Shown: positions 10,010-19,893 of the stretch, one piece after another
Numbering within the stretch: the first letter of the stretch is position 1
Layout: each line of letters opens with the position of its first letter
From: Myxococcota bacterium
GTDB lineage: Bacteria; Myxococcota_A; UBA796; GCA-2862545
DNA length: 64,000 nt
Assembly (NCBI GenBank): GCA_039208735.1
Contig: JBCCQY010000034.1
Location: 1 to 64,000 of the forward strand
Direction: 5' to 3'
Made by a program: the position numbers and the translations under genes
Notes under the pieces: model-generated
Told to the model about the DNA's origin: nothing
What the model saw: only the letters and a program-made list of their open reading frames with translations
Databases searched by the model: none

Positions 10010-10573
10010 ATGATGATCATAGCATGGCTGCTCGCCGAGAGCGCTCATGCCCAAGCACTTGGCATCGGGGCCTTCTTCGGAAAGGTCAACTGGGGCCTTG
10101 CCCAATACGAGATTCGAAACGGCGAGGGGCCTCTCGGCGGAGTTCGCGTCACATTGTCCACGCCCGATGACGGGTACTTGCCCCATTCCGAGTACTGGCA
10201 CTGGGCATCTACGCCATGGCCCACAGGCGACTTTGAACTGGCCATCGAATCTGAGGTCACGGTCCCCAATACGGCCGACCGCTACGATTCCTTTGGACTC
10301 CCCGCCTATGCCACCCACACGCTTCCCGCCTCGATCGGCGGAAATGACCGCCTCTATCGGGTTTCGGTTTGCCTTGAAGCAACCATGCTCTGCGACGAGG
10401 CCGGCTACCTATACGTGAAGGATTCGGGGGCGAGCCTCGAATGGTACGCTTACGCGGATTGGCCGTACCGCAAGATCGCTGCAAGTGCCCGCCAGATCGT
10501 ACTCTTCGAACACCTGGTGAGCGTGCCGGGAGGCTCGGAAACCTACCGGTTTGTCGAAGACCATCGCGACTAA
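10010..10573 (+). CDS. Secreted hypothetical protein, paralog of 9468-9998
   Basis: AAGGAGG RBS; signal ending AHA; shared C-terminal motifs. Confidence 0.78.
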   Translation: MMIIAWLLAESAHAQALGIGAFFGKVNWGLAQYEIRNGEGPLGGVRVTLSTPDDGYLPHSEYWHWASTPWPTGDFELAIESEVTVPNTADRYDSFGLPAYATHTLPASIGGNDRLYRVSVCLEATMLCDEAGYLYVKDSGASLEWYAYADWPYRKIAASARQIVLFEHLVSVPGGSETYRFVEDHRD

Positions 10574-10690
10574 CGGCGTGATCTTGACAGAGACGAAGTC
10601 CACCAGCCTTCGCATCAACACCTGAAAACAGCGCCGAAGGCCAGCGGTGATCTCCATTGCAGTCACACCATGCGGAGGAACGTCCCGAAG

Positions 10691-12163
10691 CTATTCCAGT
10701 GCTTCGGACCCGACGCCGGCCGCCACCCACACGGGCAGGAACGCGGCTTCGCGAAAGGGGTGCCCCTTGATCTTTGCGAGCGTGGCGTTGGCGGCGTCGT
10801 CTTGACCCGCGGCGGCCTGCGCTTTCGCAAGATCGTGGCGGCAACGAAACGCGACCTCAGGGCACGTCTCTAGCATGAAGATGCCGGGTTGAATGTCGCC
10901 GACCGCGATATCCAGCACGCCGTGCAGGTGCGCGATGTCGTTCTTCAGGCCTGGTCGCGCGACGAGCTTGTCCGTAATCGCATGAAGCGTTTCGCGCGCC
11001 TCCTCAACGTTGCCCCGTCGCGCTGCCGCATGGGCCTTACCCAATGCGGCCTGGTCGCGTAGCTCCTCCGCAAACCCACCTTGGAGACCAACGGCCTTGA
11101 GGCGGGCCAGGGCTTCGTCGAAGGCCTTCGCCGCGTCTGACCAAGCCTCGACACTCAGCAGAATGCGTCCCCGGGTCAAGGCGGCAAAGGCGTACGTGCT
11201 GTTCAAGCCCTGCGCCTTGGCTTGTTGGCCGGCCTCCGCCAGGGTTGCCTCTGCTCCTGCGCGATCGCCTTGGGCCGCCAACGCCCATGCTTTCGCGGTG
11301 TGGGCGGTGCTTTTGTCGAGAGCCGTCGTCGCAGCTTGATGCCCCTTGTCGATCGCCGCCATTCCGCCTTCCCAGTCACCCCGAAGAAAACGGGTTTGAG
11401 CGATCCCGAACCAACCCACAAAAAAGCTTTGATCCACCTTGGTTGACTCGGTGAAGGCTGCCTCCGAGTCTGCAAAACGACCCGCCTCGAGGAGGATTTC
11501 GCCCTTGGAGTCGTGCGGGTTCGCCTCGTTGGGAGCCAACCCGATGTACCTATCGAAACTGGCGACCGCGCCGTCGAAATCGCCAAGCTGGGCCCGCGTA
11601 TAGCCCAGCATGTTCCAGGCGGGGCCCGCGTCGGGCGACAGTTCGGTCGCCTTCTGAAGGTAGTTTAGAGCTGCGTCGTAGTCGTCTTGAAAGAATGCGA
11701 CATTGCCGAGCTGCATCTGCACCCGCCAGTCTTTCGGAGCGAGCTCCGCGACCCTCTCGAGCAGCTCGATGCTCTCCGCCTGGCGACCCTTGGCGTTGGC
11801 CAACATCGATTGGATCAAGATGCGCTCCGCCTCAGGCAGCTCCCCTGCCGCCTCGTTGGCCTCGACCAGGAGGGCCAATCCCTCGTTCCCAGGTTTCAGA
11901 CTGCCGAGCATCGCCTTTGCACGCACGAAGCCCGGATCGAGTTCAAGGGCTTGATCAAAATCGAAGATGGCTTCCGCACCGCGAATGTTGTCGAGCGCCA
12001 CCATGCCAGCCTCGAACGATGCGCGAGCCTCTTCCGAGGAAGTTGTCACAGGAACCACAGTAGGGGGGGCTACTTCAACCGGCGGCGCCTCACCGGCGAC
12101 GAGTTCCTCCAGGGCGTCACAGGCGCCAAGTGTCATCATCAAGATACCAACGAGATTTTTCAT
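10691..12163 (-). CDS. Tetratricopeptide-repeat lipoprotein
   Basis: MKNLVGILMMTLGAC lipobox; TPR patterns (AWNMLGY...GDFDGAVASFDRYIGLAPNEANPHDSKGE). Confidence 0.85.
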   Translation of the reverse strand: MKNLVGILMMTLGACDALEELVAGEAPPVEVAPPTVVPVTTSSEEARASFEAGMVALDNIRGAEAIFDFDQALELDPGFVRAKAMLGSLKPGNEGLALLVEANEAAGELPEAERILIQSMLANAKGRQAESIELLERVAELAPKDWRVQMQLGNVAFFQDDYDAALNYLQKATELSPDAGPAWNMLGYTRAQLGDFDGAVASFDRYIGLAPNEANPHDSKGEILLEAGRFADSEAAFTESTKVDQSFFVGWFGIAQTRFLRGDWEGGMAAIDKGHQAATTALDKSTAHTAKAWALAAQGDRAGAEATLAEAGQQAKAQGLNSTYAFAALTRGRILLSVEAWSDAAKAFDEALARLKAVGLQGGFAEELRDQAALGKAHAAARRGNVEEARETLHAITDKLVARPGLKNDIAHLHGVLDIAVGDIQPGIFMLETCPEVAFRCRHDLAKAQAAAGQDDAANATLAKIKGHPFREAAFLPVWVAAGVGSEALE

Positions 12164-12359
12164 CCTTGCCAACCCCTATTGCCCCATATGCACCGTTCTG
12201 GGCCAAGAGTCTACCACGACGCTCCTCGTTCACGAGCATGTCCGGATGATCGTGTATCTCCGGTATCTTTTGTCAATCACAGGCCGAGCGCCGAGGAGTG
12301 GAGGACGGGATTCCTCGTCCCCGAGTGTGACCGTTATCAGTTTTGAAGCTACCTATCGC

Positions 12360-12446
12360 CTACCAGGCGACGGCAAGCCCGTACGTCGTGATCACACCAG
12401 CCACGGCAAACAGCGTCCCAAAGAAGAGATTGACGAAGTGATCCAC
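12360..12446 (-). CDS. Putative 28-aa small membrane protein
   Basis: GGGAG RBS 6 nt before GTG; MDHFVNLFFGTLFAVAGVITTYGLAVAW* is one hydrophobic helix; below the ORF-track cutoff. Confidence 0.5.
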   Translation of the reverse strand: MDHFVNLFFGTLFAVAGVITTYGLAVAW

Positions 12447-12623
12447 GTTGAACTCCCAAGTTGGTCATCGAGTGCCGCGCCGCAAATGGGTCGACCGGCC
12501 CACCCGCCATCGCTTGTTCGTTTGCTTGGGGCTTTGGATTGCCACCGAGTGGTCGCTGCCGCCGCTGAGTGGAGGGCCTTGGCCCCCGTGGACGGGGCGT
12601 CGCCACATTGCTAAGGCACAACC

Positions 12624-13547
12624 ATGGCTGTGCTGAGACGCTCCCGCGACGGGCGTACCGTCAGCGTCGGCGCATACACGCTCATCGGGCGCTATCCGTC
12701 CTGCGACCTCGTCCTTTCGGATTCCAGGGTGTCCGGGAACCACCTGTTGCTCCTCCACGACGACACCGGGTGGTTCATCAAGCCGCACTTGACCACCAAC
12801 GCCACGCTGCTCGCGGGTGTACCCATCCCTCCAGGACGCCGTCATCCCGTGGAGAACGTGGGGCTCTCTGTCCAAGTGGGCACTCCCGATGAGGTTTGGA
12901 CTTGGCTCGACCTCAGTCCGCCCGGCCCCGCGGCAACGGACGCCGAAGATCGGCTGCACGTCACAAAGGACCGCGTCCTGGTACTCCCCAACGAGCAACG
13001 TCCCTGGGGTGTGGTGGTATCGATCGGCGACCAGTGGTTTCTTCAGGCGGGCGAGGACCGAGTTGGCCTCGTCGACAACCAGATCGTTGAGCTGGATAGG
13101 CAGCGCTTCCGTCTCCACCTGCCGAAGAGCCTCGTGGGCGGTTCACAACGAACCGCCGAGGCCAACGAGGCTCCCCCTGTCGCCCTCGAACTGGTCATTA
13201 GCGCCAACGGCGACGAGATCCTGAGAAGCTGCCTGATCTCGGTCCGCGACCGCCGCGAACTCCGGGTCCGGCGCCACACGCACCTATTGCTGGAACTTGC
13301 CGAAGCTCGAGTGGCAGATGCGAACTCGGACTTAGCGGAATCCGAACGGGGGTGGGTAGACACCAACCTGCTGCGCCGACGACTCGGCCTATCTGCCCAA
13401 CAGCTTTACGTGCAGACCTTCCGAGCCCGCGCGCAGCTCGAAGACGCGGCGCCTGCCTCGCGTTCGCTCCTCGAGGTCCGAGGTGAATACGGGCGCAGAC
13501 AGCTACGGCTTGGAATCCATCAAGTTTCCGTAAGGTCCAATTCGTGA
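12624..13547 (+). CDS. FHA-domain protein with C-terminal putative winged-helix region
   Basis: LIGRYPSCDLVLSDSRVSGNH...TNAT FHA motif; C-terminal LAEARVAD...RGWVD...YVQTFRARAQL. Confidence 0.85.
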   Translation: MAVLRRSRDGRTVSVGAYTLIGRYPSCDLVLSDSRVSGNHLLLLHDDTGWFIKPHLTTNATLLAGVPIPPGRRHPVENVGLSVQVGTPDEVWTWLDLSPPGPAATDAEDRLHVTKDRVLVLPNEQRPWGVVVSIGDQWFLQAGEDRVGLVDNQIVELDRQRFRLHLPKSLVGGSQRTAEANEAPPVALELVISANGDEILRSCLISVRDRRELRVRRHTHLLLELAEARVADANSDLAESERGWVDTNLLRRRLGLSAQQLYVQTFRARAQLEDAAPASRSLLEVRGEYGRRQLRLGIHQVSVRSNS

Positions 13548-13596
13548 GACCGGACTTTCCTAAGACGAGGCTGCAGGTCGCAGCTATCCTGCGCCT

Positions 13597-16500
13597 GTGA
13601 TGCTGCGAAACCCCGCTCTTCTCGAGATCGAACAGGCCGTCGGCCCCTACCGAATCCGTGGTCAGCTGGGCCGAGGTGGTGGTGGTGTCGTCTACCTCGC
13701 TCAACATGCTCAGTTGAAGACCTGGCACGCGCTCAAAGTCCCTTACGGTCTTGAAGGTCGACACCGGCGTCGAGCCCTACAGGAAGGCCGTCTCCAGGCG
13801 ACGCTCGATGACCGTTTCGTCGTCCCCGTGCGCGATGTGCTCGAGGTCCAAGGTGGACTGGCACTGGTCATGCCGTACGTCGATGGCTGCTCCCTCGAGG
13901 CGATCGTTGCCGAGGGTCCGGTCCCCCCCGACGAGGTGGCCCTCGTGACCCAAACGCTGCTTCGCAGTCTGGCCGCCATTCACGACGCAGGCATCGTGCA
14001 CCGCGACGTCAAGCCTTCGAACGTACTGCTCGATTTCGTCGATCAAGACGTTCGGCTTCGGATGGCCGATTTTGGCATTTCGATTGCGGGCGACGAGCCA
14101 AAGTCCGGCTCCCGCGCTTTTCGCGCCACCCACGCCTATGCCGCTCCCGAAGTCTGCCGCGGCGACGCGCGAGTCAGCTCGGCGGCCGATCTCTGGTCGG
14201 CAGGGGTGATGGTCTACGAAATGTTGGTTGGCGAAAGGCCATTTCCCGGCCCCTCCCCCGCGGATCTCGACCGCCAGATCCTCTCGGGGGCGGTCGAGGT
14301 GAGCCGGATCCCGGAACCTTGGGATGAGTGGCTGAGATGCTGGCTCGTCGCCGACATTGCGCTGCGACGGAAGACCGTCGCCCGTGTGCGTCAACACCTT
14401 GACGGGTGGGCCCCTGGGCTCCGGCTCGCCGATGGAACAGTAGGGCGAATCGTCTCGCAATGGCGCGAACACACCACCCAGGCGCCTAAAACGGCCCCCC
14501 TCTCTGGCACAACGGTAACTCCTTCGGGGGCTCCCACCGACGGGTCCATCTTCGTTCTCGCTGCGTTCGCGGATCGGTTTTCGGTGAGCCGTGAAGTCCA
14601 TCGACTTCAGGATCTCGGTGTGGACATGAACTACACGTTCCCGCAAGCGCCGACGATGACGCTCTCGAACCTGGATCAGGCCTCCCTAGTGTCGAGCAGC
14701 GCGGTCCTCGTCTTCTGGTCGGTGGCCGCACGTCGAGATCCCCGCGTCGACCAAGGCCTTCGGCTGGCTCGTGAGGTTCAATCACACCGCGATGGACCAC
14801 AACGGTTCGCAACCGGCGAATCGCTCGACGGCTCCCCTCTACCCGCAGGACTGACGGGTCGTCCGGGCCGCATCACCGCACCCGTTGCAGTGGCGCTCGG
14901 GATCGGGGTCGTAAATGGGCTCGTGATGCTGCAGCGTCCGTCTCTGCCCACTGCAGCCTGGGTCGCGGCCACAGTGGCGGTGCTGATCCCTTCGGTCGTC
15001 GCCATTTTGCAGCTGATGCGTCAATCGACTCGCTTGTTGCGGGTCGGCGCGATGTACGAATTGGGACGTTGGATCGACCAGGCCGACGTGACCGCCTTAC
15101 TGTCCACGGCGGAGCGCTTCATCCAATGGGTGTTCGGACCTCGCATCGTGTCCTGGCAGGCCTTCAGCCGCTCCGCTCTGTTGAGCCTCACCATCATTGC
15201 GCCAATCTTGTTCGTGTGGCCGATTCGGGCCTACGAGGTCAGTTTTGCGGTTGGTACGGACTTGACCGAGGCCGTGGGCATCTGGCGGCGTCATTTGTAT
15301 CGCGCGTGGTTATTCAGCTGGCAGATCGCGCTGGCCAACGTCATTCTCGACTTCCTTTCCCTGGCGTGGACCCGATGGTTGTTGCGATTCGCACTCGCTC
15401 GGCCGACGACCCGACGATTCATCGTCGTTCTCCTCGTCGACGTGTTGTTTGTGCTCGTGGCATCGCTGGCCATCCTTCATGCCAACCAGGAAGTTGTTGA
15501 GGTGTACGAGGCGGTGCCAGGCGCCTGGCTACAGCTGGTCGCGTCCGTGGTCGAAAGCCTCTTTCAGGGCGAATACAACCTCGCCGCAGCGCTTAAGGAC
15601 CCCATGTCCGCCATCGTCCTCTCGGCTTTGGCGGGGCTGGTGACCGGAGTCCTTCCAACACTGATTCACACTACGCTTTTGGCGTTGGGCCTGGTGAACC
15701 GCCTCGCCTTTCGTGGGCCGTTTCGGTTCTTCGGGGACATGCTGCGGCGAGTGGCAGACAGCCCACACGGTCCATGGAACATCGCCATCCCGCTCCTCGT
15801 GGGGGGCCTTGCCGTCACCGTATGGGTCCTGCCGCGGCCCCCTGTCCCAGCGGCGATCGACACCCTCACGAAGACCCTGTGGTCCGCGCCACTCGATGGG
15901 ATGGATTGTGGCGAACCGTGCTCGATTGGATGCCCGAAGCCCTACGTTCCTTGCGATGCCGATCAAGAGATCGTGGTCGAGCCGCCGGCGCGGCCCTTCG
16001 TGCTCACCAAGACCGAGATCACTCAAGAACTCTGGACCGCGGTCTGGGATGCTGCAGAAGAGGTGGTGCCCGACCGATATGGCTTGCCACGGGACCCGTC
16101 CCTCTACCGAGCCCCCACACGGCCCGTCGACAACGTGTCGTGGTGTCACGCCGTGCGTTTCGCGAACCTGTGGACCGCGGTAGAAGCCGTCGAAACACCG
16201 GCCCTTGAACCCGCCTACGTCAACGGCCACGGTCCGCATCTAGGGCGCTGTGAGCGGATTGGGGCGAGTCGAGTCCCCGAGTCACTCGGCTATCGCTTGC
16301 CGACCGATGCCGAATGGAGCACGGCGGCTGGCGTCAGCCCAGGACAGCGCTTCATCATGGGAGACGATGTGGCGGACCTCGAAACGGCAGCCTGGTACAT
16401 CGACAACTCCAACATGAGGTCCCATCTTGTTGGCCAGCTAAGACCCAACGTCCACGGGCTCTACGACCTGTCCGGCAATGTTCTCGAATGGACTGAGAGC

Positions 16501-16707
16501 GACTTCGTCGGCGACTTCACTGCCAAGCACAGCGCTTGGCGCACCTTACGGGGGGGCAGCTTCTATGCTCAATCCCACATTCTGCAGGTGAGTGTTCGAG
16601 CGGCGTTGCCGGTGGGGTGGCACGACAGTGAGACAGGGTTTCGCCTCGCACGCACCCTTTCCCCCATCGGGGCGACGGTGGTTGAACCACGACCAAGCCA
16701 CCGATAG
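13597..16707 (+). CDS. Ser/Thr kinase + TIR-like segment + multi-TM region + FGE-sulfatase (SUMF1/EgtB/PvdO-type) domain
   Basis: GRGGGG, ALK, HRDVKPSN, DFG, APE; C-terminal TEITQ, PVDNVSW, RLPTDAEW, PNVHGLYDLSGNVLEW, RGGS, GFRLAR. Confidence 0.9.
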   Translation: MMLRNPALLEIEQAVGPYRIRGQLGRGGGGVVYLAQHAQLKTWHALKVPYGLEGRHRRRALQEGRLQATLDDRFVVPVRDVLEVQGGLALVMPYVDGCSLEAIVAEGPVPPDEVALVTQTLLRSLAAIHDAGIVHRDVKPSNVLLDFVDQDVRLRMADFGISIAGDEPKSGSRAFRATHAYAAPEVCRGDARVSSAADLWSAGVMVYEMLVGERPFPGPSPADLDRQILSGAVEVSRIPEPWDEWLRCWLVADIALRRKTVARVRQHLDGWAPGLRLADGTVGRIVSQWREHTTQAPKTAPLSGTTVTPSGAPTDGSIFVLAAFADRFSVSREVHRLQDLGVDMNYTFPQAPTMTLSNLDQASLVSSSAVLVFWSVAARRDPRVDQGLRLAREVQSHRDGPQRFATGESLDGSPLPAGLTGRPGRITAPVAVALGIGVVNGLVMLQRPSLPTAAWVAATVAVLIPSVVAILQLMRQSTRLLRVGAMYELGRWIDQADVTALLSTAERFIQWVFGPRIVSWQAFSRSALLSLTIIAPILFVWPIRAYEVSFAVGTDLTEAVGIWRRHLYRAWLFSWQIALANVILDFLSLAWTRWLLRFALARPTTRRFIVVLLVDVLFVLVASLAILHANQEVVEVYEAVPGAWLQLVASVVESLFQGEYNLAAALKDPMSAIVLSALAGLVTGVLPTLIHTTLLALGLVNRLAFRGPFRFFGDMLRRVADSPHGPWNIAIPLLVGGLAVTVWVLPRPPVPAAIDTLTKTLWSAPLDGMDCGEPCSIGCPKPYVPCDADQEIVVEPPARPFVLTKTEITQELWTAVWDAAEEVVPDRYGLPRDPSLYRAPTRPVDNVSWCHAVRFANLWTAVEAVETPALEPAYVNGHGPHLGRCERIGASRVPESLGYRLPTDAEWSTAAGVSPGQRFIMGDDVADLETAAWYIDNSNMRSHLVGQLRPNVHGLYDLSGNVLEWTESDFVGDFTAKHSAWRTLRGGSFYAQSHILQVSVRAALPVGWHDSETGFRLARTLSPIGATVVEPRPSHR

Positions 16708-16731
16708 CGAAGACCCTGTCGTTCCAAGTCG

Positions 16732-19700
16732 TCATCTGTGGCGGCGCTCGTCAGAGGTGAACGCGGCGGTGCGTAGTCGTCCCAGTCGGCTTTCGGGAGG
16801 GACGGCCAAGGCTTCCATCTGCGCATCAATCTCGGCGGAGTCGACCGCATCTCCCTCGAGGCGACGAGCCCAGGCCTGGGTGATCGCCCGTTCCAGCTCC
16901 AGGAGCGGCAACTCGCCCGGCACCTCGGCCACCTCGGCCAGCGCCGCCTCGGCTTGGGCGATGCGCCCATCGGCGAGGTACCGCTCGGCGAGCGCCACAT
17001 AGACCGATACCGCCACACTGCCCAAGGGATGCTGCCGAACGATCTCCATGGCCGCACGAAGGTAGCCGATGGCGACGTGGGATTCGGCGCGACGTCCCAG
17101 AGCCAAGTAAGCCTGCGCGATGAGTCCGTCGTCGGCACGCTCAAGCCCGATCTGGAGCGCCCGCTTGCCCAACGTCTCGGCGGTGGCCCGGTCAGGCGCC
17201 GTCAGGCAAGCGCCGAGGCACGCACTCGCGGCGCGGCGTTGGGAGTCCATGCGTTCCCAGCCCTCGACCGCCTCAACACTGTGATCAAAGGCGGCGGCCG
17301 AGTCCCGCTCTTGGAGTAGGAGCATCAGCCCGTGATGGGCACGTGCGATTGCTGACAGATCTTGCCCCTGTTGTGCCAGTCGCACCGCCGCTTCCAAGTG
17401 AGGACGCGCGGTCATGGGTTCACCGGAGCGCCGGCAAAGGTCAGCGAGCGAGAGGTGCCCGTGGCACTCCTTGAGCACATCGCCCTGTCGGTGAGCGGCG
17501 GCAATGGCCATTCGCCAGGCCGCAGGGGCATCCGAACGGCCCTCGTTCATCAGCATCTTGGCGCGCCATGACAACCGGAGCGACGCGCGGTTGGAATCGA
17601 CGAGCGCATCGTAAGCTCGGCGTGCGTACCGAGCGGCATTCGTGTACTCGCCTCGCTCAAACGCCCAACGGTACCGTTCGCTCACGACCTCCAAGGAGGC
17701 TTCGGGGTCTGCGGTCCGTTCCGCCGCCGCCTCGGCCCACTCGAGGTCCGCGAGCGCAGCGTCACGATCCCCAAGCCGCCGTACAAAAGCCCCTCGAAGC
17801 ACCCGGGTCCGGGCCTGGCCCGCTTCGTCGTCGTCGAAAAGGTTGAGAACCTGGCTCGCCAGTTCCGGGACCGCCGACGGAGGCCCCCACGACCACGCCA
17901 AGTCCGCCACCCCCATCAACAACCAGAGCGCCTGCTCCGCATTCCGGGCCTGAACCGCCCACTCGGCGGCCCGCTCGAGTTCGGGTCGAATCCGTCGCAG
18001 CTGTCTCAATTGTTCAGGTGGATAGAACGGGATCCGCTGCTTCACGTGCTCAACGACCCAGTCAGCGTGGCGTTCGGCCGCGAGGCCAGAAGGATCGTGC
18101 TTTTCGCGTTGGGCCGACGCCCAGGACCTCACCGAATGCGTCAATCTGAGCAGGACGGTGTCTGGAGCCTCGCCTGGGGTCTCGGCATGGAGCAGGCTCT
18201 GGTCTCGAAGCAATTGGATGACCTCGATGGCGTCGCCCGGCACGTCGACCACCGCGAGTGCCGCATCGAGGTCGAAGGACCCTGAAAACACCGAGAGCTG
18301 CACCAGTGCGGCCTTCGCCGGCTCCGACAACAACCCCCAAGACCACGCCACGGCATCTTCGATGCTCGCGTGTCGCCCCTTGCCCGTCGGCGACCGAGGA
18401 CGCTCGAGTGCGGTCAACAGCTGGGAGGTGCCCATAAGCCGCGTGCGGGCCGCGGCCAGCTCCAGCGCTAACGGCAGCCGGTCGAGCCGTTCGACCAGGG
18501 CCTCCAAGGTGGTCTCGTCGGTCGCAAAGGTGCCATGGATGGCCGTAGCCCGTTGTACGAAAAGTTCTCGAGCTTCTTCCGCGGCCAATGGGGGGACCTC
18601 GACAACGCGTTCGCCCACGAGCCCGGTGCGGCGTTGCGTGGTCACCAACAAGGGAGCCTCGGGGCCCGCTTGCCACAGCGCTTCGAGCAAGGGCTCATGG
18701 CCTTCGATCTGCTCGAGATTGTCGAGAACCAGCAATCCACCTCGCTGACTCCAGGCTCGTCCGAGGGCTGCCATTCGATCGAGCCGGGTGGGCACACTGG
18801 CGTGGAACACCCGGGCCACCCGCTCGACCATTTCGTCGGCGGTGCGTGCGGTCATGAGGTCGCACCACACACACCGGTCCCATTGGGCGGCGACCTCAGC
18901 GGCCAGGCGCGTCTTCCCGACCCCCGACGGACCCAGAAGGACGACGAGAGTTCGGGGCTGCAACACCTCAACCAGCTGCTTCCGCAGCGCTTCGCGGCCC
19001 ACAAACCGCGTTCGGGCACGCGGGGGCCCCACCGACGAAGGAGGAGGCCGTGGGTCGGCTGGAACGAAGACCGCTGGGGCGGGTTCGGGGGCGGGCTCCG
19101 GCACGCTTCGAAGCGCCGCTCCTAAAGCCCCTGACGAACGGCGCCCCACGTCCTCGAGAGCACGTTTTCCGGCTTGAACCTGCTGCTTGGCCTCTCGATA
19201 GCGGTCCAACGCCACCAACGCCCGGACGAGGTCTGCGCGCAGTGCCTCGTCGAGCGCGCGGGCGGCGACCAGTTCGCGTAACCATGGCAAGCGTGTTTCG
19301 GGTTCATGGGGGTGCCGAGCGACGAGTTCCTCGAGCGCCTCCACCCGTAGCGTAGCCAAGGCCTCCCGCTCTGCGAGCAGCCACGCTTGGAAGGTATCGA
19401 AGTCTTCGAACTCCAATCCTTCGAGCAATTCGGGTTTGAGTTGTTGCGTGAGTTCGGCGAGGTCCGAGCTGGGCAAGTCCCCAATGCCGTCCGCGACAAG
19501 GGCCCGGACGGCCAGCACGTCGATCTCCATCCCCTCGACGTTGAAGGATACCGACGTGCGCGACGCCTGGACCCTCGGGAGGTCCGGCTCGTCCACCACC
19601 TTGCGCAGTCGCGACAACACCCATCGCAGCGCAGCTCTGGGATCGTCAGCCACATCCCAAAGCAGCGTGCAGAGGCGTTCGCGCCGGTGCTCGCGGCCGG

Positions 19701-19830
19701 TGAGGACGAGGTAGGCAAGCATCGCCCGCATCTTCTTGGAACGAGGCAGCGCCACCGCGGCGCCGTCACGCTCTACGACCAGCTCCCCCAACATTGAAAG
19801 GCGCAGCGCCACGAACCCGGGCTCCAACAT
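16732..19830 (-). CDS. AfsR/SARP-type regulator: wHTH + BTAD + STAND (NB-ARC-like) ATPase + TPR
   Basis: RAMLAYLVL...RERLCTLLW...ALRWVLSRLRK; FQAWLLAERE; FVGRE; GPSGVGKT; LLVLDNLE; LDRLPLALELAAAR. Confidence 0.88.
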   Translation of the reverse strand: MLEPGFVALRLSMLGELVVERDGAAVALPRSKKMRAMLAYLVLTGREHRRERLCTLLWDVADDPRAALRWVLSRLRKVVDEPDLPRVQASRTSVSFNVEGMEIDVLAVRALVADGIGDLPSSDLAELTQQLKPELLEGLEFEDFDTFQAWLLAEREALATLRVEALEELVARHPHEPETRLPWLRELVAARALDEALRADLVRALVALDRYREAKQQVQAGKRALEDVGRRSSGALGAALRSVPEPAPEPAPAVFVPADPRPPPSSVGPPRARTRFVGREALRKQLVEVLQPRTLVVLLGPSGVGKTRLAAEVAAQWDRCVWCDLMTARTADEMVERVARVFHASVPTRLDRMAALGRAWSQRGGLLVLDNLEQIEGHEPLLEALWQAGPEAPLLVTTQRRTGLVGERVVEVPPLAAEEARELFVQRATAIHGTFATDETTLEALVERLDRLPLALELAAARTRLMGTSQLLTALERPRSPTGKGRHASIEDAVAWSWGLLSEPAKAALVQLSVFSGSFDLDAALAVVDVPGDAIEVIQLLRDQSLLHAETPGEAPDTVLLRLTHSVRSWASAQREKHDPSGLAAERHADWVVEHVKQRIPFYPPEQLRQLRRIRPELERAAEWAVQARNAEQALWLLMGVADLAWSWGPPSAVPELASQVLNLFDDDEAGQARTRVLRGAFVRRLGDRDAALADLEWAEAAAERTADPEASLEVVSERYRWAFERGEYTNAARYARRAYDALVDSNRASLRLSWRAKMLMNEGRSDAPAAWRMAIAAAHRQGDVLKECHGHLSLADLCRRSGEPMTARPHLEAAVRLAQQGQDLSAIARAHHGLMLLLQERDSAAAFDHSVEAVEGWERMDSQRRAASACLGACLTAPDRATAETLGKRALQIGLERADDGLIAQAYLALGRRAESHVAIGYLRAAMEIVRQHPLGSVAVSVYVALAERYLADGRIAQAEAALAEVAEVPGELPLLELERAITQAWARRLEGDAVDSAEIDAQMEALAVPPESRLGRLRTAAFTSDERRHR

Positions 19831-19893
19831 TTCGGAGCAGTGTACCGCGCGGGTGATGGTCGCCTGCGCGCAGTTGCTCCTGCGTAGAAACGC

